A stretch of DNA of 64,000 nucleotides from Pavona decussata. Its lineage: Eukaryota. Below the pieces are notes generated by a model. The model made no database searches and was not told the origin of the DNA. It saw only the letters and a list, made by a program, of their open reading frames with translations. Positions within the stretch are counted from its first letter, which is position 1; each line of letters opens with the position of its first letter. Positions 37,820 to 51,456 of the stretch are shown piece after piece. Position numbers and translations under genes: made by a program. The DNA lies in assembly GCA_977016875.1 (NCBI GenBank), contig CDRNST010000293.1, forward strand, positions 930,001 through 994,000, given 5' to 3'.

Positions 37820-38070
37820 CAAAGAGCTACGATGGTTTACAGGTCTCTGCACGGGTTAGCTCCAAACTATCTTAGTTCTAAATTTGAAAGGCGAGAAGTC
37901 GCATGTAACCCAAGGGACTCTGAAAATAAACTCAATGTTCCATTACCGCGCACAAACTATTACAAAAACAGCTTCAGCTATAGTGGCGCCATTCTCTGGA
38001 ACAGTCTTCCTTGTAACTTAAGGGAAGAAGAGTCCCTTGGGCAATTTAAACGATTACTCTAAGAACTGTA
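37820..38070 (+). mobile_element. 3' fragment of a CR1/L2-group LINE
   Basis: MVYRSLHGLAPNYL...PLPRTNYYKNSFSYSGAILWNSLP...FKRLL is the typical C-terminus of such ORF2 proteins. Confidence 0.75.
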
Positions 38071-38163
38071 CGGCATTCGTGGAAAGCAGCTTTTTTTTTA
38101 TTTATTTAATTATTTTCATCATATTAGTATTAGGCATTTTTAAAGCTGACGAATTTTGTACCG

Positions 38164-38313
38164 NNNNNNNNNNNNNNNNNNNNNNNNNNNNNNNNNNNNN
38201 NNNNNNNNNNNNNNNNNNNNNNNNNNNNNNNNNNNNNNNNNNNNNNNNNNNNNNNNNNNNNNNNNNNNNNNNNNNNNNNNNNNNNNNNNNNNNNNNNNNN
38301 NNNNNNNNNNNNN
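38164..38313. other. Assembly gap (N run)
   Basis: Run of N. Confidence 0.98.
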
Positions 38314-38521
38314 NTAAAGATTTCAATTTCGCAGAGCCATCGCTAACTCGAGAAAGTAGGTTTAGTGACTTCCTCCTCCTTCCCCCGCCCCCAGCCCCAC
38401 CGGCGTTCCTTAGCCTGCAGAACAGGCGTTACTTTTTTTTGCGTTTTTTTCAGGCGAGCGGAGGCAAACGCGAGTCGTCGCGCGTGACTTGCGCCTCGCG
38501 CTCGCCTTACGTTTGCCTCCG

Positions 38522-38716
38522 NNNNNNNNNNNNNNNNNNNNNNNNNNNNNNNNNNNNNNNNNNNNNNNNNNNNNNNNNNNNNNNNNNNNNNNNNNNNNNN
38601 NNNNNNNNNNNNNNNNNNNNNNNNNNNNNNNNNNNNNNNNNNNNNNNNNNNNNNNNNNNNNNNNNNNNNNNNNNNNNNNNNNNNNNNNNNNNNNNNNNNN
38701 NNNNNNNNNNNNNNNN
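38522..38716. other. Assembly gap (N run)
   Basis: Run of N. Confidence 0.95.
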
Positions 38717-40053
38717 GCTAAATATTCCTTACCACGGAGTTGCAAGTAGCTTTTCACATATCAGCTTTGACAGAGGCAGCGAACATTATTTTACAACAAG
38801 AGAATATAAGGGTGGAAGTAAAGCCAGTCCCCCCAAATTGCGTCTTTGAGTTGTAACATCGTCCACATGACTTTGCGCAAACTTTTGCTACTTCCTGTGG
38901 TAAATCATTATATAGCAAAATATTCCAATTCAAGCATATTAAGTTTTAGCAGAATACTACTGAGTCACGTTTTGAAGATGACGCCGATGCCAGAAAGTAT
39001 AGTACTTGTGTTTGGGGGCATAGCCTTACGTAAAATTGATCACTTTAATCAAAGTACACAGTAAACATCACAATTCAAACACTAAACTTGTCAAGGCTAA
39101 TCCTTACGGCAGAAGAAAAGACGAAAACAAAAAATTGCCTGGATATATAAACTGAAACAACAAACCAGTCAGTGTATGTGACAAATTGCCCGATATTTCG
39201 GTTTGGAAAAACAAACCTTTCTCGGGGCTACAAGAACATTGTTTTGTTTCTTAATTTTTTTTTTATCTTTTTTACTTCTGTAAGGAGTATTCTTGGTGTC
39301 CATACTTTATCATCTCAAGTATTTTACTGTTCCAGGAGGCTAAACTTCTTGAAATTCTCCAAAGTTAAGATGTATCCCAAGTGATTGTTTGTGAGCAATA
39401 GTCTGTTTACAATAGCCTTTTGCAAATTAAAAATTTAATAAATATATATTTAAAATTAAATATATTTCTTAGTTTAATATTTTTTCTGAATAAAACTCTA
39501 AATAATCTTCTCTCTGAGCATATATTGCATTACCTTGGGAAAAATGATTTCTGTTGTGTAAATAAACAAGTACGATTGAAACATAATTATTATCCGTTCA
39601 GCATTTCTTAGGAAAAACTGAACTGCAAACTGTGATACTTTCTCTTACAATTTACAAAATATATTTTACAAGGTAGTACTTTCTCCTGACTTTCTCAAAT
39701 ACGAATGAAAATAATTTGAAAGACAAAGATAATTTCTACTCTTTTGGAAATAAAACAAACAAGACTAAGATATAAATAATTTTATGTCTAATTCCTGACA
39801 AAAAAATATGAATTGAAATAATTTGACAGTATATAATCTCTATTGTTCTGTAAAGAACGCGACGATTAGTTTTCGAGAAACGATATTTGCACTGGAATTA
39901 TAATTATTATTATTATTACTATTCAGTTATTATTTTTTCTTCCATCACATTTATTCACATTTATTCCATTGTGCATATATCATGCCACACATGACATTCC
40001 AATCCTAGCCGTGTCCCATGAACCTATAGTTTAATGGCCTTAGCTCCCACGAG

Positions 40054-40128
40054 TCTCCTGTAGCTCAGTGGTATAGAGCATCCGAACTAGTAATTGGAAG
40101 GTCTTAGGTTCGTCTCCTGATAGGAGCA
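40054..40128 (+). pseudogene. tRNA-derived (Thr-AGT-like) pseudogene or SINE-type repeat
   Basis: TAGCTCAGTGG A box, ct-agt-aa loop with an extra base in the anticodon stem, degenerate B box GGTTCGTCTCC, mismatched acceptor stem. Confidence 0.6.
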
Positions 40129-40499
40129 CTCGGATTTTTAATCCGAGTATGCCTGTGTTACTTACTGGAATAATACATCATTCATTTATTTTTTTCTTGT
40201 TTTTAATTTGCACTGCAATTATAGTCTTTCTCATAAATTCAATTAAATTTAACAAACATGAATTAAAAGCAGTGACAATGAAAAGCTCTGAAGTGCTGGT
40301 AAATTGACATCATAAATTCTGTTGTTAAATAAACAAAACTACTTTTTCAAAATCGATTGTTCTTGTCTTTATGGGACAGCAGCAAAAAAAAACTTCCTGT
40401 TTAACAGAATTATGACCAACACAACTGTTTATTTTTATCCAAAGTTGGAAATTTTACAATAGATTTTGAGACACATTGCCTATACCATGTATACAGCTT

Positions 40500-41372
40500 T
40501 AACTTCACAATGTTAAGCTCCTGGAGGACGCCGGGAAGAACTTATGTTGCGCATGTATTCAGACCCAGGGACACTCGGCTAGACAAACGAATCGAAAGTT
40601 CTTTTGAAGTAAGCCGATATAAGGGCGCGAATATTCAGTGAGTTAAAACTCCAGACGTCTTTCTTTTCTTTGCAATAGTTCAGGTATTCTGTTTTTAAAC
40701 AGATGTGCCTTGTGCAAAAAAGTTAATGACCTCTGTAAAAATCGAACCTAAACGCATTGAACTTAAATGAGAACAACTCGTTTATTTGTCAGGTTCGACT
40801 AACGCTTGGTAAAGAATTGACTCAACATCAATTAAATAAATTTGATGAAACAAAACAATAAATTGAAGTTTTACTCCATGTTTACAACTGCATGACTGTC
40901 GCAAAGGTGATTTCTTGAACACAATAAACAATTCCTCTTACAAGAAAAAGATAAATATATTTCGTCTCGGAAATCATCGATGTGCGGATTGAAACTGGAA
41001 GACACACAATACCCAAAACCCCAGATAATCTCCGAATTTGCCTTTTCTGCCACTTAACTTTAAAAAAGAAGTTGAACAATGATTGTATTTTATACTCTAT
41101 CGGTCACCTTAATTAACGATAATTTATATTCAAAGTCAGTTCTTCGAAGACATAATAAGAAAATATCCCTATTTCAATGATCTTGACGATAATTCTAAAA
41201 TTATTTTTCTTTTTAAGAATGTTGATCCTATTATATGCAGACTTACAGCTGCCTATATCTATTCATATAAGACCCTTTCGTAATCAGGTTATACCATATT
41301 AATTAGCCCTATTTTATTACAGGTAATACCATGCACTCATGTGGGAATACCAAGTAAATTGTTGTTGTTGAT
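40500..41372 (+). mobile_element. Degenerate LINE 3' end
   Basis: Frameshifted FRLGNH..RIETGRHTIPKTPDNLRICLFCH Cys/His motif near 40960-41055; ends in aagtaaa(ttg)n. Confidence 0.55.
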
Positions 41373-44272
41373 CACGGAAATTCATCGTCTTTCTTTGGTT
41401 CATAACGGCTGCTAAATAATATTTGATTTGTTTTATAAATTGGGTGCATTGAAGCTACTTTATCTGGAAAGTCAAATACAGTGTTGACAGAAAGCTATTC
41501 AAACTGATTGCAGGTAAAACCGTAATTTGCACCCTCCCTTTGGTTCAGAAAAAATAGCGCAGAGCAAAGTTATGAGCGAGCTGTCTGCATAGCTGTGTCG
41601 AATTTCTGGAATTTTCGGTGCCGTCAGTCGATCGAGAAAAACAGCGATGGATGTGGGCTATTTTTACTTTTAATTCCGAGGAAAATTCCTGAGGCTGTCC
41701 AGCTTTGTCGTGAAAATTATTTTCTTTTGTTGGTTTAATTGACTACATAAACACTTCCAAAAAGCTTTCAGAGTATCAGCTTAATTGGGGAGAATACCGT
41801 TCGAATCTGATTTGAGGAGACGAGATGGAAACGGTCTTACACGGAAACACTGCGGGAACGCGAAACATTACCTTCTTTTTTCTCTAACAATTCTTCCCGT
41901 CGTATCCGTCCCGCCGAAACGCAATGGAAACTTTGACTATCGGGTTTCCGTCAGTTTTCCCAATTAGGGGCGTAGCAAGGGGGGGGGGGGGGGAGGGAGG
42001 GAGTACTGGGATGCCCGTGACCCCCGCTTTGTCAACAGCATACAAGCTTATAATTCAGTATGGCAAAAACGTACAAATCCGAAGAATCACATTTTTTTCC
42101 AGTGCTATGTAGTTACATAATCCATTTGCTGAACCGAATATCTGCAGTGGACCTCGACCATGTTCTTGTTCGTAACAAAGATTCTGAAAGTCAAAGCAGT
42201 TAGGCACATATATTGTTTTTACTGTTTTTATAAAGTAAACAACATCCATGGATGTTTGGTCCTTTGCACCGTGAGAATACGAGCCCACTGACAACAGCGG
42301 TATAAGCCACCCTCGTGCATGGTGTCAATCTTGTACTCAGAGTCCTCAGGCTCTTTGGCCAGCGGTTTGTCGCCAGGAGAGACTCTGAGGAACTGGAATT
42401 TTATTACCGAAGGATTACTTCGGTAAAACAATGCAAACTGTTACCGGACAGCCAGTCAAAAAATTTATTGTTTTTCGAATTCTCCAGAGTCTCTTCTGGC
42501 GTCTTCCCGCTGACCAATAAGCCTGAGGACTCTGGGAGCGATTTGATTGTCGAAAAGCGGTTTCCTTTAAAAATGTCCAAGCGAGCAAAGGTTCCTACCA
42601 TTTTCATTGCCGCGGGGAGAGGTAAGAGGCGCACCATTAGAAATCACGGGAGGGGGCCGGATGGGGGGCGGGGGTTGGGGCAAGTCCCCCCAAAAAATTC
42701 CAAACAAGTCGGGAACCAAAGTCACTCACAAACCATTTATATCTTGTCTGGATGTTGCAAAAAATTCATTATATCTCATTTCTCTCTTTATGTGTATCCA
42801 GACAACCATTTCAAATATTAAAATTCAATTAATATGTTAAATATATATTGAATAAAAAATTAATGAAATAAAATATTCAGCTGTACGTTAAATTTTCAAC
42901 GACCTTGGGTAGTATAAAAAAATATTGAGGGATTGGGAATATACTCGCTGTGGTTCAAATTCTGAAAATTTGAGAGTTTTAATAGCCAGATTTGTTCAGA
43001 TTTGGCTGTGTTTAATAAGAAAATATCTTTGTTAGCACAATGCATCCCCAAAAAATGTGCTGGAAATCAGACAACCAAATCAGTCAAAACAGAAAAGGAG
43101 CGTTGCATCCAAATCCAAGGCTACATACCAGAAAAGGAAAATAGTCTGTCCAATCTAAGAAAAACTAAAACAAGATTTAACATGAGGTACATATGTTCTC
43201 TGTCTTTCAGTTTTAGTAAGAATATATAAATATTAAAAAAAAATCACATGTCCTCTGAGAAAACGACACCGAATATACATACTATATTGCCTTCGAACTT
43301 CTCACTCTTTTGGCCTTTGCTTTCAACCGTAAAGAATGGTATCGACCAACACGACGAAGCCGAGTTTCCTTGACAAATGAAAAAACGTCCCTCGAGTCAT
43401 GAGGTGCGATACCTTTAGTAGCTCATTTCTTTCTCGATAATCGCGATACTTGAATTTCGTGGAAATCGATACTCCAAAGAGACTGTCATCTTGAGCGGTA
43501 CCGTAATTAAACTGTGTTAAGCTTTTCATGCCTTTAATATTAAAAAAAGTTCTGTCGAAAAATAATACATGAAGACAAATTGGACTAAAACAAAATTCAT
43601 CCCCTGAAAATGTTTTACCCTCCCCCCCCCCCTCTCCCGTGATTTTTAATGGTCCGCCCCTAAGGAATGATCTTTATTTGATTTCAGAAGATTCGAAGTC
43701 TTTTTCTCCGACGAACGGCAGGTCTGGCAATGATGAACATACACTATGGCAGAGCGATTGACATTGATGACATCATCAACATCTTTGCCACTCATCATCC
43801 ACGCCGCCTCTTTTTGACTGATGAGCTGTGAGACTAGAATAGAGTAATTTGTGTAACATGGAGCTTAATAACTCACCTGAGTTTAGGCTTTTCACCCCGC
43901 TCAATGCTAATGCGAAAAAAATGTCATGTGACATACCACATGTGGACATGACAATGAGGTAATTAAGTGCAATGGGTGCGAAACAATAAAAAAACCTAGC
44001 TACTGTAGTGTTCAAGCATGATTATGCACCATTTGTCCAATCAGGATAAAGCTATTATGATTGTAATATATTCATAAGCAAGGTGCAAGTTAACGGTCGA
44101 GTTGTTGTCATGTAATGTTCTGTGTGTGCGGATGAATTAAAATACTGATCTTAGATGCTGGCGGGCCGTTTTCATTTGAGAACTTGTACCAGCGTTCTAC
44201 AGCTACGCCCTGGAAACGTCCTATTTCACGCTATAGTAAGAACCGGGAGTAAGAACCGTTGATCCTGAAATC

Positions 44273-46429
44273 ATGGTCGCTGAAATTATCGTCTTGTTGC
44301 TCTTTGTTACAGCTGTTTATGTCGCAGCCACGATTTGGCAAAACCGCAATCTTCCTCCGGGTCCGTTTCCGCTGCCCGTGCTTGGAAACTTGCTCTCGAT
44401 TGGACAAAAGATGCCTTATAAAGATCTCGCCAACATGGCGACGAAATATGGCAAAGTTTTTCGTGTCTACATGGGAAGCCGAAGAGTGATCGTCCTCAAT
44501 GGTTATGAGATAGCCAAAGAAGCGCTCGTCGCAAAGGCAAAGGATTTCGCAGGGCGGCCAGAACACCTTTTCCTGTGCAACATTTTCGCTCGGAACGGCA
44601 CTGACATCGCGTTTCAATCTTACTCACAACCATGGAAGCTATTACGCAATATGGCGGTCAAAGCTATAAGCTCGAGTGAGGAAAAAGCCGGGATTTTGTT
44701 GCACATTGAAGAGTTGTGCGCAAAGTTTCGTTCGTACAATGGAAAACCATTTTGCCCCCGAGAAAACGTGTTCAAATCCTTCGGAAACTGCATTTCTTCC
44801 TTGATTTTTGGACAGGAATATAAACTCGACGATAAAGAGGTTGACACACTCGTGGAAGTTGTACATGTCTTTCGTATGTCAATTGGAGCGGCTAATCTCA
44901 TCGATACGTTTCCCATCTTCAAGTACATCCCTTTTGAGATCATAAAGAAAGTAATGCGAGCCGGAAAACAGCGAGATGAAATTTTTGAAAGAAAATTTCG
45001 CGAACATGTCTCGACTTTCAATAAGAACAACATCAGATCTGCGCTTGATGCAATGTTAAAGGCCTTTAAGGAAAGCTGTGGTGATTCGCAGCTTACAGAA
45101 GAAAATCTCATTTCAAGGTAAGAACAATATTGACACTTTTGTTCTGACTTCATCTTCTTCATAATTTTATGCATCCATGCATACTATAATGTATTCTCGA
45201 GAGTGCATCTAATTACGTCTTTTTATCCGAGAGGGGTGTCTTGGCCCTTAAAAGACCTAACCGACAGGACACAAAAGGAACTACAGTCAACTCCCTTTAT
45301 TGCGGACATCCTCGGGACCGCGAGTTAGTGTTCTTAGAGTCCGTAATAGCGGGAATGTATTTCAGTCAAACGTCTGTAATTTATTTTTGCCGGGGATTTA
45401 GCTGCTGTCCGTATTATTTGGGTGTCCGTAATAGCGAGGTTTCCACAAGGCGAGAGTTGACTGTACAAAGGAGTTCAGGTGAGAACTTTTTATTGGGAAA
45501 ATCATTTCTAGTACCAAGCATGAAAATCAGTACACAGATGTTACACACAATTATCGGGATTCCGGCACCACGCAGTCCATTAAGTTATGGATGATGAACT
45601 TGGAAGACCACCTGATTTTGCCATTTGTCTGCAGCATAACTCTCAATCGAAAACAAAATTTATTGATCTGATCATGAATTCCGCCAAATTACCGACGTAT
45701 TTCATGACCAAATCCTGGCTGGTTTACAAAGAGTGATATCTAGATGGAAAAAAAAAATCCTCGAATTTAATCTAATCCTATTATTTCTGTGTCCCAGAGG
45801 AATATCTCGCTTAATCCTGTTAGTTTTTCGCCCCCTAGTGGATTGTAAGCCATTTGTTGTGGTTACACTCCTTTTTGTTTCTGTTATTTATAAGAATGTC
45901 TAATTTTGGGACTGATCAATGCTGAACGTTCTGATTGTTTTTGGCAATTTGAGCCCGAATGTGATAGATAGTATTTCCATAAATCTACACGGACGTGACC
46001 AAGGCACCTGTCATTTGGGTAAACTGGACTGTATAGAATAGACTGAAGTTTTACATGCATTTTTTTTTTATCCGTATTTATACTGTTTATTTTAAAAACA
46101 TTTGGTCAAATAAAAATGTTCTTAACTGACTCTCAGCCTGGGTAATGTTCTAAGTAAGTTCTTAAATTTAAGTTCATCTCAGCCTCAACGTTCTTACCGA
46201 AAAGGTTCTTATAAAAAAGGAGTGTAATCTAATTGTCCTGTATTTGTTAAAAAGTTAAAACCTCGTGTAACGCCAGCGTGCACTCATGGGCAAATACATC
46301 AGCCGAGCAAATAGTAAATCTCGCCAGGCGATTCCCAGTAGCCTGCAGAACAGGAGGCGCTATTTTTCCGTTTTTCAGGCGATCGGAGACAAGCGTGAGG
46401 CAAACACCCAGCGCAACGAGAGGGGCCGT

Positions 46430-46480
<51 letters not shown>

Positions 46481-49417
46481 GCTTATCCGCGTACCATTGT
46501 TCATCAGTGGTATGTTTTTTTTTTTGCTCCCTTCCCTTCGCGCGAAACTTCGCTCGCCTGAAAACACAATAAACAACTAACTAACCAAACAAAAAAATAA
46601 ATAAATAACGCCTGTTTTGCAGGCCAGCTACTATTCTGTCTGTGTTTAAAGATTTTTTAGAAAAAATTGCCGACAGAAAAATTAGTCATCGCCAGAACTG
46701 GAAATATGAAGTCGTTCACCACTCGCAGCTATAGGAACGTTCTTGATTTTGGTCAATACTGTTTCATATTGTGCTTCCTTGCTAAGAAGTTCATCTTTAA
46801 TCGCTGCTTATGTTTCATACATTCTATGCATAACGTTTTTCTAAGTTCTGCTTTATGGCAAGACTGATAAAATAGACTGATATTTGAAATTAAGCGAATA
46901 TTGTAAGCAATGTGATAACTGGCTTGAGTATATCGTCGCTCTTTCGTAGGCACGGTGACCACACGCACACAAAAAAGCCTGTTAAAGATATCATAATTTA
47001 TCAAATTTGGGGGAATTAACTCGATTAGCACAAGGTGCCAAATTTACCGGAGAAGTTATTTCAGATAAGCCGAAAAGATCCTCACTTATTCAAGAAGGCT
47101 TTGAAATACCAATGGCCCATTGTTGTCGAGTGAAGCAATTCAAAACGTCTAGAAATTTCAAAAGAGAAAACAGAGGAGGTCACGTTTTCCGTGGAGAAAT
47201 ATAATGACTCAAAAATAAATCTATCTTGTCCGAATTTCGCGAGGCACATGTTTAGATATTTCGTCCTTTTCTTTCTGCTCAAAGAACATAGGAGACGTTG
47301 GTGTGCAGGCTAGTTATAATTTACATTTTTTTTCATTTGTTTTAAGACTAGAACTTGCAAACGACTGTCTGTCGAGCGATGTGCTTAATAGATCTTTTTC
47401 AGAGCCTCTGGTATTCTTCCTTGTTCTTCTAACATGGTTCTTCGTATCGTCATGGCGAAAATCTACGTCCAGCAACAAATGATTTGACCAAGACCCGAGG
47501 CCTTCATACTTAGATTTGAATAAACTCTTATCCGAGTAGATTTATCGCTTGCTTTTCTCGCGTAAACGTGGACTTGTTCTGGAAATAAACTGATACTTGG
47601 AAAAGGGTTGACTCAAGGTGCTAACACAGATAAAGGTTCCAAGCGGCCAGCTGCGGGCTCCTGGTACAATATAACGAATATAGGTGAAAGGGGGGTTGTT
47701 ACAGAGCGTGGGAATATGACGACATCTGGCATTTAAATGGAGAACTACGAGAGTATTCTTGACAGAGGAAGCTGAACTGCTAGAAATCTCTCTCTAAACA
47801 TTACTTGCAAAAAAATTCGGACGATTTCAATTACGGACAAAAAAATGTCCGAAAATAAAACCGTCCGAAATTTTTAAGCGTCGGAAATATTTACAGCAGT
47901 ATAAAACTTTTAAGTACGTACTTTCTTGAGTGACGCCATCACATGTATTTAATGCCAATATATAAACATGATAGCGCTAAAACTCGGATTAGGCTTTGCT
48001 CGTTCTTTTTATCACTGGAAAGGAACACATTTTTTTATATATTAAAAACATAATTCAGATAAATTGCATTATCTGTAATGAAGCCGATCACGCCGGCCCG
48101 CTGGCTTGTTGGTTTGAACAACCACCTCAGAAACAAACACGATGTGATAATGAAGAATTTTGAGAAGGTAGGAATAGTGGAGGCTGTCACTAAGGAACCA
48201 GAAACCAAAAGATCCTTTTGCAGATCTTGTCCCAGATTATTAAGCCACTTTGAGTTCCAAAGCTCTCGTCAGTTTCCTTTATGGAGCGAAGTCTAGTTAA
48301 GACACTGCTTGAGATACGCAACGGCTTGATAGAATTTGTCTTATTTAATTTTCTCGTCAGTGCATCTGTAAAACCTTGAGGGTGCAGTAAAACTATAATT
48401 TTCTTTGCAAGTAATGTAGTTTAGCGTAACAGATGCCTCACGACCGCTTAACTGAAAGAACTGAAGTGAAGTGAAGAGAGGAGTCTTTCCTAGTCTCTTC
48501 TAATATTTGAGTAAAAAGTACATACATCTAAGTTATTTACAATTAAAATACGCTCAGATAGCTAAATTGTATTTAAAATTTAGGCGATTAACGTAAGAGT
48601 TCTTGAATCTATCTGTATTAACTTTCGGATACTGACTTGTTTGATTCTTTAAATTGTAAGTCGATACTTTCTTCTGGTTTTTGCTCGCTCCACTGTTATG
48701 CTAGAAACTGAAGGGACTATTGACATTCTTGAGAAGTCAAATATTTCCCCGGTAGGTCCTCCCACGACTCAGTAAATAAGTACATTTGATTTCTTTTTCA
48801 GCGCCTCTGATATTTTTGTGCCCGGAACTGAGACTCCTTCCACTGTTCTCATCTGGATTCTATTCTACGCCGTCAAATACCCGGATGTGCAGGCCAGGTT
48901 ACATCGAGAATTAGATGACGTCATCGGCAGCACCAGACTGCCAGATTTGTCAGACAAACCCAATTTACCTTATTTGGAGGCTTTCATTGCAGAAGTGCAG
49001 CGCATTGTAAGTGAAACCCCATTGGCAGTTCCTCACTCGACAACGCGGGATACGTCCCTCGCGGGCTTCTTCATCCCGCGGGACACGACCGTGTTTGTTA
49101 ATCTCTGGGCTATTCATCACGACCCTGATTGCTGGAAGGATCCATTTTGTTTCCGGCCAGAGCGGTTCTTGAACGAGCAAGGGGGTCTTCGTGTGGAGGG
49201 GATCATGCCATTCTCAGCAGGAATACGGTCGTGCCCTGGAGAAAAGTTTGGCAGAAATGCTGTTTTCTTGTACGCCGCGCGATTGCTGTACAGCTTTAAA
49301 TTTGAGCGTCCGAATGATAAAGTACTACCTGATGTTGAAGACAGTGATTATGGGATCGTGCTTGATTGCCAGCCTTTTGAGATCCATGCTTTGGAAAGAT
49401 CAACTGGCAATCGGTGA
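44273..49417 (+). CDS. Cytochrome P450, clan 2 (CYP1/CYP17-like), copy B, 2 exons, 486 aa
   Basis: Exons 44273-45117 and 48802-49417; same intron position and phase as copy A; PPGPFPLP, WKLLR, EVQR, PERF, FSAGIRSCPG. Confidence 0.95.
45284..45463. mobile_element. pogo/Tigger-like MITE
   Basis: TA-CAGTCAACTC...GAGTTGACTG-TA with internal gtccgtaatagcg repeats. Confidence 0.75.
45866..46224. mobile_element. CACTC-terminal TIR element, inverted relative of 8321-8674
   Basis: ta-cactcctttt ... aaaaaggagtg-ta; shares cagcctgggtaatgttct, the reverse complement of 8392-8409. Confidence 0.7.
46990..48230 (+). mobile_element. Decayed DNA-transposon remnants in the CYP copy B intron
   Basis: MKPITPARWLVGLNNHL...IMKNFEKVGIVEAV resembles the C-terminal end of pogo-type DDE_1 transposases; FTGEVISDKPKRSSLIQEGFEIP resembles a transposon-associated HIRAN-like segment; repeated gtccgaaa motifs at 47815-47890. 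Confidence 0.4.
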
Positions 49418-50039
49418 AACTGAGAAGGGGTGGACTAACCCTAGCCTGTGAACGCAGACGTATATTTCCGGCTGTCGCTTCTCTCCGGCGGGCTCGAAGG
49501 CGACAGCTGGTAATAGTGACTTGCACTACAGCATATAGACTATCTTTTTGTAAATAACTATACTACAATAACTATAAGTATGTGAAGGGGTACTGGTTTC
49601 TTTGTAAGTTATATGAGAGGGTTACCTTTTCTGTCAAAGACTGGTAGATAAAAGGGTATAACGATCTGGACCTCAGGGCGGAGCCTCTTGGTAAAAAACT
49701 TTGATCCGTGTGCTGTGACCGGCGGAGGGCCAAATACTTTCCCAGTCAGTCAGTCAACTCAGTCAGTGTTTTATCGTCAGTGTGTCGCCCAATTTAAAAC
49801 CGTTTGTAGTTGATTCAGAGGATATGATTATAACAACTGGCTATGAATTTACGAAGTAAAATTAGCTTTATTAATGCTGGTATTTGTCAGTTTTGAAAAT
49901 ATTGTTTGTAAAATTCTTTTGGATTATATTAAGCTCACTCTAATTCAGAGGATCGCAGTTGGTTGAAAGTTTTGAATCGGCTCAGTCAACGTAATGCTCG
50001 CTCACGAAATGTCTCGGTTATTGCATAAAACAAATAGTG

Positions 50040-50233
50040 AACATGTTTTTCAGCTTGTAAAGAAGTGCTTTGAAGGGCGTTGCCTTCAATATTTTGACGG
50101 CTATTTTACTTTTAACAACAAGATTCACACGCGCGCAATTAGACAAAGTGATCTGTTTCATCCACCTGCCGTAAGAACAGAAGTCGCCAAGGGATCCTTT
50201 CACTGTCATGGATGCATAGTTTTTAATAATTAA
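50040..50233 (+). mobile_element. LINE 3' fragment
   Basis: VKKCFEGRCLQYFDGYF...HTRAIRQ...VRTEVAKGSFHCHGCIVFN resembles a CR1-group ORF2 C-terminus. Confidence 0.55.
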
Positions 50234-50279
50234 TCTAAATAGCTTTTTTTATTAACTTGTTTTATAGTTCATTACTTTT

Positions 50280-50760
50280 ATTAAGGGAACCTCAACTAAG
50301 ACACCAAATTGACGGTGAATTGTCGGAAATAGTGTCTAAATTCTAAATTTTAGTTTAAATAGCAGAAGCGACATTCAAGTGTGCTAAAAATTAGATATGA
50401 TTATCGCCTGTTTTCGATTTTAAATCTCCCAGGCGCCGCCATTTTGATTTCATGACGTCATACGGCTGCCGCTATTGTCAATAAGCAGAAGTTCCTTTGT
50501 GTGAAACAATAGAGCAACCCTAGAGAGGATCAAGGGGTACCCTTTGATCCTCTCTTGGGCAACCTTATTACATTATGAAATCCAAGATGGCGGCGCCCGG
50601 GAAATTTAAAATGAAAATTAGGCAATGATCAAATTCTGTTTTGTCCAACCTGTGTCCAACACAGAAATATTATTTCCGAGATTTCCAACGAAATTTGAAA
50701 TTAGATTGTATTTTCAACAATTTAACGTTAATTTATTTCATGAGAGGAGGTTTCCTTTAA
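50280..50760. mobile_element. TTAA-flanked element with long internal inverted repeat (Kolobok-like)
   Basis: ttaagggaacctc ... gaggtttcctttaa; internal ggcgccgccattttgatttcat / atgaaatccaagatggcggcgcc. Confidence 0.6.
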
Positions 50761-51456
50761 CACATTGTATATAGTTTTTATAGTATATTGTAAATACTTT
50801 TTCTTAGCAGTATATCCACATTGTTATTACATGATGTACTCTTTATAGTATATCTACATTGTAATTAGTGTATTTAGTGCTCAGAGCTCCTATTGATAGC
50901 AAGGTGCTTTTAAGCTTCGGAAGGGACTACCCTGAGCTTTATAACTAAAATAAAGGTGTCTGTCTGATGGTCATAGCCCAGATGTCTTTAAAACTTCTGC
51001 TCGTAGCGTACTTCTTTGTTCTCACCACGTTTTGTCGCCATTTGCGTGTCTTGACCAGGTATTAGTTTCTTTAACAAAACAATTCCTGAGACGTAGAAGT
51101 GTTTTAGAAAATGTGACCATGTTTCTGTTACATAAACTGTTTTTCAGTGTCAACCTCGTTCCAGCGTGCCCTCTCGGAAGAAAGAGAGGACCCTGGGAAA
51201 GAGGTTGTCGAACTGCCGCGCACCATCCCGCGCACCGCGCACCCACGATCTGCGTGTACAACGCGCGTGTATTTACACGAGTAACCAAGACAGAACAAAA
51301 CAACACAGACGGAGGCCATTTTGGCGCCGGTAACCTTTTCTCTCGATTATTTTCATCAGGAAATGTCAAGTGTACCAACTGGAAAATCTTTCAAGTATCA
51401 CCGAGATTGTCATATCTGTTTGATATTCTGCGTGAAGGATTTTTCTTTATTCAAAG

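Noticed and set aside
38037-38849. 270-aa ORF
   Set aside because: Held open only by N gaps.
44620-45174. 184-aa antisense ORF over CYP copy B exon 1
   Set aside because: Shadow frame of a coding exon; no equivalent full ORF in copy A.
46247-46580. Poly-Lys / poly-Phe ORFs
   Set aside because: Translation of a poly-A tract inside a hairpin repeat.
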